Assembly: GCF_001194135.2 (NCBI RefSeq)
Contig: NC_068987.1
Coordinates: 23,978,409-24,039,072, forward strand
Length of the DNA: 60,664 nt
Reading direction: 5' to 3'
Origin: Octopus bimaculoides
Lineage: Eukaryota
Below, piece by piece: positions 25,130-35,582 of this stretch (position 1 is its first letter; the number at the start of each line of letters is the position of its first letter). A program made the translations under genes and the position numbers. The notes beneath the pieces are model-generated. The model searched no databases. It saw only the letters and a program-made list of their open reading frames with translations, and had not been told where the DNA came from.

Positions 25130-25960
25130 ATTAGAAGAATCACGTGTTACAATATGTGGACATTGTTGACAAAACTTTATCTTTTGGTTAAATCATTACC
25201 TGTTTCAACACATTATGTTGGACATAGAGGCAGAATATGGAGACCTGGCTTACTTCTCTTCAATGTACATTGGCTAAGCTGATAGTCATTGATGGGAAAA
25301 GAATTTTCATTGAATGAAGAAATGGTAATATTTCTTGAGAGCAAAGATGTTTCATATTATTGTGACACTTATTGTGGATAATTTTAATAACTTTATGAAG
25401 GAATTTTTAAAAAACCCTGCCTTTTAAGATGTTTGGTTAAATTGTTGTATTTAATAGACAAATTGAAATATTTCCCCAATTTAAAAAAAAAAAGTAAAGT
25501 ACAAGATCCAAGCATTTTTATGAATATGGTCCAAGAATTAAGGAAAGAATATTTTTCTTGTTAGCTGAATTTTCACTCAATGTCTGCTACACCATCTGAT
25601 ATTGGACACAGTATCAGAAAATTATCAAATTGAATTGATTAAGAGGCAATATGATGACATCTGAGATTTAAATTTCATACTGAAGATGTATTGGCATTTG
25701 TCTTTCTATAGAAATTCTATCCATCCAAGATTCAAGTGGCAAGTATCCTAAGTTAGTTACTCATACAAAAAAAAAAAATCATTATTTGGCAACACTTACC
25801 TGTGTTGAGCATATATTTTCAAAAATGGGAACACGTCAGAAACCATTTGAGAACCAAACTGACTAATACCTACTTGGATGTCTTGCTGTAGGCATTGACA
25901 AGCCTGGCACCTAATATTAAAAAAAACTTTCAAGTAACAAACACCATCAAATTTCACAGC
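25130..25960 (+). mobile_element. hAT (SPIN/Charlie/GTF2IRD2-like) transposase remnant
   Basis: LDIEAEYGDLAYFS/VHWLS, ENYQIELIKRQYDD, SLFGNTYL/VEHIFSKM/LRTKLTNTYLDVLL (C-terminal dimerisation region). A possible N-terminal portion lies at about 23640-23960. Confidence 0.7.
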
Positions 25961-27437
25961 TGTCTACTGTTTACATTACAACTATATAATTTTCTTTTTC
26001 ACCACCAAACATGATTCCCTAGCGTGTGTCATGAACTAATCTGATGAAAAATACAATTAGATATATTTCAATGGATAATTTCCATATTTCAAATTGTTGT
26101 TAGTATTTATCTGGTCCACTGTTCACTTGATGGTACACAATCTCCCTTGCAGATGTAAAAATACAGTTGCCAATCCTTGATCTAAATATTACAATTCATG
26201 TTAGACACAAATGTGGCAGATGTTGCAGTATTCTGAGAGATATCTGTAGAAGTCTTATGCCAAGAAACAACTTCCTAGTAATATATTATAATACTTTCTT
26301 CAGTCAACATTATAGTGATAATAATGTATATTTTTCCATGCTTGCATAGCTTGGATGAAGTCTGTTGTATAGAATGTGACCACTTGTTGCAGCTGTTTAT
26401 CATTTGTCAGTAGGCTCAGCATCTGGTGAAATGACTTTACCACTATGTAATAATTGGTATAAAAATAATATAATGGTACACATGCATAAATAAAATTACA
26501 AGAAGGAAAAAGATGTTATTTATATTGTCATTTTTGTTAACTGATTTTTTCACTTGTTTTGCAAATTGAGATTCTGGTAGTTGTAAAACTGTTGATAGTA
26601 GTTTCTATCTTCTGAATAAATATTACTGATACTATAATTATACAAATGCTGGAAGCAGTTTTCTTCTGTTGTTGTACAACTGTCAGCAGTGGTTCTAAGA
26701 CAAATAGCTTCTGAACAAAAGGTATTTCATATCATTTGGGGTTTTTTTCTTTTATTGACTCTGGAACCAAAGTGACATAAAAAAAAAAGATCACTTTAAG
26801 GGGACATAAATGATGCTGCTAGATAAAAGGGATTTCTATAAAGTTTGTAATTGTATACATGGTCATAGCTTCAGTGAACAATCTTATACAAACACAACAG
26901 TTCATATATTCATGGATAGATTAACTATCATAGTTTGGGTGATGATGATAGTTTATATTCAGGTGGCAGCACAAGTTTAAGGATCCCATATTTCTACTGA
27001 AAAGAAAATATCTCTTCTTGGTCCAATGCTTAATATTGAAGAATGAACCGGAATGTGATGGTGTACAACTATGAAGGTTGAAGATTCCAAGTTCAAGCCA
27101 TCGGTTTGTTTATATAGAACTGAAAAATAAAACACAGATGATGAGATGGCAAAATAGTTAGATATTAGAATTACTGGGTGATGCAAGAAAGAGGAAATTG
27201 TGGTGGTATGGATGTTTGAAAATAATTAAAGTAAAACAGGACAAAAAAAAACAAAACAATGGTGGCAACTGGAAGTCATTCCACATTGGGACTGTAGTTA
27301 AAGGAACGTAATTAGACTAAGCCTATTATCTAATAACAGTGACCAAAACAATATCAGTAATATAACACCCATCTAATTCTTTAGAGAGAGGATGTATAAA
27401 TGTTTAAATTTTTTCTGAAAACTGCATATAGTTAGCA

Positions 27438-27678
27438 ATCATCATCATCATCATCATCATCATCGTTTAACGTCCGCTTTCCATGCTAGCATGGGTTGGA
27501 CGACTTGACTGAGGACTGGTGAAACCGGATGGCAACACCAGGCTCCAATCTAATTTGGCAGAGTTTCTACAGCTGGATGCCCTTCCTAACGCCAACCACT
27601 CAGAGAGTGTAGTGGGTGCTTTTACGTGTCACCCGCACGAAAACGGCCAGGCTCGAAATGGTGTCTTTTATGTGCCAC
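27438..27678 (-). mobile_element. (GAT)n-tailed retroposon copy running into an assembly gap
   Basis: (cat)n-cgtttaacgtccgctttccatgctagcatgggttggacg...ggatgcccttcctaacgccaaccac; closely similar to 58824-59157. Confidence 0.8.
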
Positions 27679-29351
27679 NNNNNNNNNNNNNNNNNNNNNN
27701 NNNNNNNNNNNNNNNNNNNNNNNNNNNNNNNNNNNNNNNNNNNNNNNNNNNNNNNNNNNNNNNNNNNNNNNNNNNNNNNNNNNNNNNNNNNNNNNNNNNN
27801 NNNNNNNNNNNNNNNNNNNNNNNNNNNNNNNNNNNNNNNNNNNNNNNNNNNNNNNNNNNNNNNNNNNNNNNNNNNNNNNNNNNNNNNNNNNNNNNNNNNN
27901 NNNNNNNNNNNNNNNNNNNNNNNNNNNNNNNNNNNNNNNNNNNNNNNNNNNNNNNNNNNNNNNNNNNNNNNNNNNNNNNNNNNNNNNNNNNNNNNNNNNN
28001 NNNNNNNNNNNNNNNNNNNNNNNNNNNNNNNNNNNNNNNNNNNNNNNNNNNNNNNNNNNNNNNNNNNNNNNNNNNNNNNNNNNNNNNNNNNNNNNNNNNN
28101 NNNNNNNNNNNNNNNNNNNNNNNNNNNNNNNNNNNNNNNNNNNNNNNNNNNNNNNNNNNNNNNNNNNNNNNNNNNNNNNNNNNNNNNNNNNNNNNNNNNN
28201 NNNNNNNNNNNNNNNNNNNNNNNNNNNNNNNNNNNNNNNNNNNNNNNNNNNNNNNNNNNNNNNNNNNNNNNNNNACAACAATGTAGTCTCAATATTGAGT
28301 TATCCACACAAGTGTACTGGTTCATTGTATAATCTGAATTCAACTTTCACAGTGCATGTATAGATATGGTTAGGTTTGCTTCCTAACTGCTTGGTTTCAG
28401 GTTTGATTCTACTGCATAGTGCCTTAGGCAAGCATATTCTACTTGCTGGGAAGACCATTCCTGTTCTTTGTACTAGACTGAATCTGCCACTATTTGGGTT
28501 ACTTGAGCAGAGTTTGACAGAGAATGTAATTTATTCATTCTTGTTAAAAAACATTTCCAAGTTAATATATGTAGCATGGATTGATATAGCTAACATAGAA
28601 ATTATAAACAGATACATACCTGGAAAAAGAAGTTGTGAGCTTACTTAAATTCATTATGATGATAGACATTGAATTCAATTTCTTTGTATTTTGTATATGG
28701 TCACAATATAAAGTGGACTGTAACCTAAAACAAAAGGGGGGAAAAAAAAAGCATTTATTGATATTTATAACAACAATGACCATCATAACTAATCTGATAT
28801 AAGAATCCTTTCTACTATAGGCACAAGGCCTGAAATTTTGGAGGGGGTAGTCAATTATATTGACTGCAGTGCTTAACTGCTACTTAATTTATTGACCCCA
28901 CAAAAAATGATGGAAGGTAAAGTCAGAATTTGAACTCAGAACATAGAGACAGATGAAATGTCACTAAGTATTTTACCTGGTATGCTAACAATCCTGCCAG
29001 CTCACCACTTTATTCTTTCTACTATAGACACAAGGCTGGAAATTTCAGGGGTGGGAAGGGGCTGGTTGATTACATCAACCCCAGTACCAGTCTAGTACTT
29101 ATTTTATTGACTCTGCAAAGATAAAAGTCAAAGTTGATCTAGACAGGATTTGAATTCAGAACGTAAAGCTGAAGAAATGCTACTAAACATTTTGTGGGCT
29201 AACGATTCTGCCAGTTTGCCACTGTATTCTTTTTACTACAGGCACAAAAACTGAAATTCTGGGTGTGGGGACTAGTTGATTACATCGATTCCAGTACTTG
29301 CCTGATGTTACTAGTGCTTATCTTATTGATCCCATTCGATAAAAGACAAAG

Positions 29352-29888
29352 GGATCTATTTTAAAACGGGGGCCACATTTTTCATTAATGTTTTACGTAG
29401 TGTTTTTGGTACGGAAAGACTTTCAAACTTCGTATACTTATCTATTTTGTGTTATAGAACAGAAAAATATTTTTGTATTCGAATTTATTTCAAGTAAAAA
29501 ATTGTCTTATTTCGATAATTTCAACCAATCACTGACAAGTATTCAGTTGTTTACATTTACTCCTTTGGCTGATTAAGCGATGTAAAGTGTATTTAATCTC
29601 CATACCTTCGTTTTATTTGCTTTTTTCATTTTAAATTTGCTTTAACCCTAACCCTAACCCTAACCCTGTTTATGTAGTCGGCACTTAATGTATATCGGCT
29701 GAATGGACGTCAGTGATTGGTTGAAATTACAGAAATACGACAACTTTAACATGGAATAACTTATGGATTTCTTTTTTTTTAAAGAAGACTAAGAGAAAAA
29801 GATGTTTTATATGACACATTCTACCAGTGTTCCAAGTTTCAAAGTGTTTCGTTAATGAAAAATGTGGCCCCCGTTTTAAAAAAGATCC
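29352..29888. mobile_element. Merlin-type MITE (537 bp) with 37-bp TIRs and an 8-bp TSD
   Basis: TIR ggatct[a/t]ttttaaaacgggggccacatttttcattaa (1 mismatch). AGACAAAG is duplicated at 29344-29351 and 29889-29896. GG termini plus an 8-bp TSD fit Merlin/IS1016. Confidence 0.8.
29643..29666. repeat. (TAACCC)4 telomere-like repeat inside the MITE
   Basis: taaccctaaccctaaccctaaccc read directly from the sequence. Confidence 0.9.
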
Positions 29889-30959
29889 AGACAAAGTTGA
29901 CCATAGTAACATTTGAACTTGAAATGTAAAGATGAACAAAATTCCACTAAGTCTGTCAGATGGCCACCTTAATAATAATGGTTCCTGATTTCAGTACAAG
30001 GCTGTCAACTTTAAAAGTGGGAATATTTGACTGGTACTTTATTTTATCACCACCAGAAGGATGAAAGGCAAACTGACCTCAATGGGATGATTTGAACCCA
30101 GAATGTAAAGAACTTGAAGACATATCACAACAATCTTATCAGCTTCCTGCCTTTAATAGATTTAGACACAAGCCTAGCAATTTTGAGGTGATACATTAAT
30201 TGATACTATCAACCTTAGTATCTGAATGGTACTTAAATTTACCAACCCCAGAGGAGTGTTTGATAAGTTTACTTCAGTAGGATTTGAACTCAGAATGTAA
30301 AGAGCCAGAAGAAATGCTGCAAAACATTTCTAATGACACTATTGATAATTACAACACAATTATAATTTTGAATGTGAATTTTTTTTTTACTTCTGTGAGG
30401 TGTATTTTTTTTATTACATAGTATTTATGATTTGTGATCCAGATTATCCCTAGCTTTGATTAAATTAACCATGTCAACTGTATGATTGAGGTAATATATA
30501 TTTAGATGCTTTTTAGAGTTTTGTGTAACAGTCGTGTTGAACCTAAGTTTATAATTTGGGAGTTAATTTTGATTCAGTTTCATGAGATTTACCTTCATTA
30601 CTTCTTCCTAAGTTTTCTTCAGTCAAGCCTACTTACTCACCACTGACAGTAATTCTCACCCATCACTCACCTCTAACATTCAGCCATGATTTCGGCTAAT
30701 GTTACTCATCCAACAGATTACACTCATGTCAGTTCTTTCCAGCCTTACAAATATTCAACATTTTTGCTATCATCTCACTACCTTGCAATATCAAACTTAT
30801 AGCAAATGCTTTGCAGTGTGGGTTATTTTTTGCAAAAATACAACAATACAGCACCTCCCATCCTTTCTTTAATTCTGGCAATTATGTTTGTGCTATATAT
30901 GGATGTGTGTATCACATGATCAACCAGACTATTGGATGCTGCTACCCTGCTGGTTAGGT

Positions 30960-31137
30960 GAATAGGCCAACATTCCTCCTGATTGGAAGGCAGGTTTACC
31001 CATTTACAGCTGAGTTGATTGGAACAACATGAAATTAAGTGCTTTGTTGAAGAACAGAACATGCCACCCAGTCTAGGAATTGAATCCCTGATATAGTGAT
31101 GATGTGTGCAACATCCTAACCACTAGCCTATGCACCT

Positions 31138-31140
<3 letters not shown>
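30960..31140 (-). mobile_element. tRNA-derived SINE, degenerate
   Basis: ggaattgaatccc (reverse-complement B-box) and ctaaccactag (A-box region), next to a (GT)n tract. Confidence 0.5.
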
Positions 31141-31178
<38 letters not shown>

Positions 31179-32059
31179 GTGTGACAGTCAAATTGAGCAG
31201 ATACAGCATAGGGTTGACATGACTATATAACCTTGCCAAAGGCAGCCTCTACAATGCTGGTGGTAATAAATGCACCAGTACTATAAAGTGGTTGGTGTTA
31301 GGGCACCCAAATGTAGGAACCAAGACAAAACTAACATGTGTGTGTAGTTTCTCTGACCTAGTGTGAGTTGGGAAAGGAATAATTCAGAGTAAGTGACTCA
31401 GACTGTTCCCCATGCCCAGTCAATCCACACAAACATGAAAAGCTAACATAAAAATGATGATATATCTACACACACTACATACATAAAATACATCATTGGT
31501 TTAAATGACTATATTTCCAATGTGTTGTCAAATCTAAATCTGTCTCAAGTGGCATCAATGTGTTGTGTTATAATTCCCATTAAATACTGGATCATAAAAG
31601 TGTATTTTGTCATAGTAAATATTTGTACACTAGTACAGCTATTTGACTGAATGTGTGTGTGTATGCACTTGTTTTCTGTGATGTGATGTTCTTACCTTCG
31701 TGTAAAGTTGAGTCCACAGAAGAGTCAGGGCCAATGTTTCTGATATGCAGTTAAGTTCACCTGTGATTTCTTGGGTTATATTCCTTTGTGTTGATAACCA
31801 ACATGGACTCCATATCCTTGGCAAAGCTGGCTTTTCATGGTAACAGCCAGTATTTTTTGGTAGACTGCATCGAATGTGAATCTGTTTTTGCTAGTTGCAA
31901 CACAGACTGAGGGAAAATAGAGTATCTAGTATGATAGCCTATGCTGAATTTCATCATTTGGTTGATGTTTCAACTATGGTCATCTCAACCAAATTGTTGG
32001 TATTCCCAGTTGTGCAACAAGGTTACAGCTCAGAAGACAGTTGGGAGACATAAGATTTA

Positions 32060-32520
32060 AATCCAGTTGTTACATAAACAAGTCAAGCTTAGAAGTACTT
32101 TCGTTAGCTCATGAGGTTCCTTCCAGGTGGTCAATATATTGTTAGAAAGTCTATCAAGAGTGACATCTAACTTAGCAGTGTTGAGTGTGCTCATTGCAAG
32201 GAAGACATGCTTCACTAGATATATAGATAACACACAGTTCATATATTCCAAATTATCCAATGTTCTTTCTTTTCAAGATGTTGAGACCTGAGGGAGATCA
32301 GGCTGATAGTCAAGTTGGGAAACCACATAAACGTTCCCTCTCAAGTAGTCAGGGGTCTTGCCCTTGATGTAGGTATGTATGATAGAGACCCAGGTGTGAA
32401 AGGGTAATGCTCCCATTTTTTTACTAGCACAAGAATCTCCTAGAGCACAGTGTCAATTAATGTCTGACCTTAACAATGGAAAATAGAGTTTTGAAAAGCA
32501 GGTCTTGCAAAAATGTGACA
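32060..32520 (-). mobile_element. Possible CR1-type LINE RT remnant
   Basis: FHTWVS...DYLRGNVYVV...LPQ order resembles RT motifs; very decayed. Confidence 0.35.
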
Positions 32521-32854
32521 AAGTAGTATTGTGAAAACTTGCAAAATATGCTATGAAAAGTAATCAGCAAAGAGTTGTATAGAACTTGAGGGTTTAAGTT
32601 GGATACTATCCAAAGTACATCACTACAAAAGACAAACTATGACAGTAGTAATTAATAAATACATATATACACATCATTATTGTACACTTGGGATATCATG
32701 CACATTTGTATCTTCGAGGTATCTAATAACATAAAAAATTGAATGAGAGAGGAAGCTGATTTTCCAAAAATAAGTTTTGCTTGAATAAGTTAGGCCTGTA
32801 TGAATTTTTTTTTCTGTGCAATCACTGAAGTTTCCAAATGAACATGTTGGAAAG

Positions 32855-33780
32855 GGTATCTTGTACTTTACAGTTTGAAACAAAAACATTTTCCAAAACA
32901 AATATTTGACAGTCCAATTTATTTTGTGAACATACTAAAAAATATGCAAATTTCAACACAAACAGAACCAATATATTTAACCCAAGTCAACCATGACTGA
33001 GAAAAAGAATGATCAAAAATGTTCCAACTGTAATCAACCTGTATTTTTTCAAAATCAAATTTCAACTCAAGTAGAGAACAATACAAATAAAAATTAACAG
33101 ATAGACCAAAATAAATAAAATTGAATATAATTTATGAGAATATGAAACTGTCAATCAACAGGAATTTGCCAAGTGGACGGCCTGTCATTGTCTGATATGA
33201 ATAATGAGAACAAATACATAAGCAGTCAAGAAAACTGCTACCTTCAATAAATACATCCAAGGTGTAAAATATTTTGATGGAAATGCATCAAATGCAACTG
33301 GATCCAATCAATTAAGACTGTATTATTATTTTTTGTTTCTGAAGTATCATTTAAGTATGCCATATGTACACTTTTTGTTGATCAACACAGCCTAGCACAT
33401 AAGAGTTTCTAAATGGGAGAGACTAAAAATGTTCAAATTGATGAAACTAACATGGGTCCACATAAACTGATGTGAATTGGAATACTACAAAAAGAAATGT
33501 TTATTTGTACTTGCTCTTAGCAGGAAAAACAAAAAAGGACAAACTGGGAATAAACAGCCTAGCAGGTACTTAACCAAGTACCTGCTAGGCTGTTTATTCT
33601 CAGTTAGCTGCATGAAGAAGATATTTGTGTTGAAATTTGAAATATTTTTTGCACATGTGCAATGCCCCATATTTTTAGTACAGGTACATAAAACAAAAAT
33701 AAAAAATAATAATAAATGACATGAATCAAGTATTTATTTGGAAAAATTTGTTTCAAACCACAAAGTACAAGATACCTGTT
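32855..33780. repeat. Diverged inverted repeat, arms about 32855-32965 and 33620-33780
   Basis: tttgtgttgaaatttg and tatt...tttggaaaa...tttgtttcaaac..aaagtacaagatacc occur in both orientations. The ORF track shows LFQT.KYKIP on opposite strands. Confidence 0.7.
33542..33605. other. 64-nt hairpin: 30-bp stem (29 Watson-Crick pairs plus 1 G:U) and a 4-nt loop
   Basis: aactgggaataaacagcctagcaggtactt-AACC-aagtacctgctaggctgtttattctcagtt. Confidence 0.95.
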
Positions 33781-34762
33781 TTAAGTATATTGTTCAGCTT
33801 CATAACACTCTCAATCATTACATCAATAATACAAAAAAAGATATTAAAAAATGGTATGTGGATCTATCAGTTTCTAATTGATGAAGATGACAATTTAGGG
33901 TTTACCATGTAGACATCTCTGATCAATGGGTGTGTTATGTAGAACAACAGTCCTTTAAGATCCCAAGTTTTATCATAAGAAAACATGTTAACAACAACTT
34001 GAACATTGATCAGCCACTATATCAAAAAAATATAAACAATGATTGATTATTGTTTGGAGATTATTACCAATTATTTACATATTGATCTTCAGTCATCTGA
34101 GAAGCCCAAGTAACATTTTTAGCACCCACCACAAATTCCTTAGCAGAAAAAAAAATACTGGCAGTATTTAGTAGAGTACTTAATATATGGTTCGGTGCAT
34201 CTCTGCAATGGAAAACTTAGGTATATAAAGAAAACATTCTTGCCACCCACTGATTATTTTTAATCCTTCACCAGTCCAAAGCATTTTTCATAAGTCTTTT
34301 TTGTAAATGTGCACCCTTGCTTTCAAGGATGCACATTTTAGTTATTGCATGTTAATTTGGTTTAGATGTAATACATTCTATGATCATAGAATGTACTACA
34401 TGCAATAAAATTGTGTGCTTTATGTGATCCACAGAGTGTATCATAATTAATTTTTAATACAATAAAAGTTTAAAATAATTTTTTTAAAACCTTAGATTAC
34501 ACTGGGGAACAAATGAAAAAAATTTTTTGGTGCCTAAGGCTTTAGATCTGATTTTAGGTATATTCAATCCTTCGAATAAGAATATGCCCTTCATTTCTTT
34601 CCAGCAGCTCTACCTTTTGAGATAATGTACAGCTGCTCATACATGAATCTGGGATAGGCTGCCAACAGGGTTATAGAATCAGAGATGGTCTGTAATGTAT
34701 TTGACAAATACTTGAATACTTATTTTTACCCAACATGGAGTCAAAAACATATGAAATTGTAG

Positions 34763-34899
34763 TGGCGCGAAATTATAGCCGCCATTGAGGAAGTACTATT
34801 CTGCGCATGCGCAGGGGACTTCACCACCGGAAGCCCCTCGAGTTGCGCATGCGTAGTAAAATTTGTACTTAAGCAGTTACTTTCATTATCTCGGTGAGT
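34763..34899 (+). promoter_or_regulatory. CpG-containing promoter-like module: E2F, YY1, NRF1, ETS, NRF1 motifs, then a GTGAGT donor
   Basis: TGGCGCGAAA 34763-34772; GCCGCCATT 34778-34786; TGCGCATGCGCA 34802-34813; ACCGGAAG 34826-34833; TGCGCATGCG 34844-34853; TCG|GTGAGT at 34893/34894. Confidence 0.6.
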
Positions 34900-35234
34900 T
34901 GAGCTCAGACCTTCTACATGACAACACCTCGCTCCTCCACGAAGCACTTTTCACCATGATGCTATCGATGTGATAGCTACTTACTTCTCTGGCAGGCATA
35001 AAGGAAGACCTTAACTTTCCATTACCAAACTACATCTAAATCAGCGGCGGCTAAGCAGAATGACAGGAATTGTGAAACCAAGCATCATAGTCATAAATAA
35101 AACCTTTTTATTATATTGTTAATTGTTCTAATGTCTCTTCATTCATAATGTTGTTAAAAGGTGATAGATAGAGACTAAAGTCTCTATGACAACTATCAAA
35201 CTATTACAAAATCTACTATCAGTAACCAAGTGAA

Positions 35235-35580
35235 AGCAACTATCCAAAAAGATTATCAAAAGAAAAAAGAGAAGTATAGAAAAAGAGTGAGCCATTTCAC
35301 GTACAAGATGGTATTTTAGTGCACAAACAATGATGGAGATAAAATCAATTATCATCAAGTATTTAAGATAGATGAAGTACAAAGGGTTATAAGAACATGT
35401 CATGATGATTTACGAAGAGCACATCTTGGAAGAGCAAAAATAAGTGCAACATATTTTTAGAATGGTATATGTAACGACATTATCAAATACATATCCAGAT
35501 ATGATAAATGCCAAAAGTCAAGTAATAAAACAACCCTGCAAGCACCGGAACTTCATCTTGTTTCAGTTCCAGAAAAGGTC
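35235..35580 (+). mobile_element. Integrase N-terminal HHCC remnant, Ginger1/GIN-like
   Basis: KYRKRVSHF/VQDGILV...RTCHDDLRRAHLGRAKISATYF*NGICNDIIKYISRYDKCQK...APELHLVSVPEKV. The upstream sequence is not RNase H as it would be in a gypsy pol. Confidence 0.55.
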
Positions 35581-35582
35581 AG

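Larger units (their letters stand above)
28810..30330 (-). mobile_element. Head-to-tail array of five tRNA-derived SINE copies (third copy interrupted by a MITE)
   Basis: Units of about 200 bp starting near 28810, 29011, 29225, 29971 and 30160. Each has a B-box-like atttgaa[c/t].c; the best-preserved copies also have an A-box-like gctaac.at.ctgccag. Confidence 0.8.

Noticed and set aside
26150-26470. Faint zinc-finger-like words (gatatctgtagaag, ggtaaagtcatttc)
   Set aside because: No Cys/His spacing is recoverable in any frame.
29643-29666. True telomere or telomere-healing site
   Set aside because: Only four units, internal to a TIR- and TSD-bounded element.
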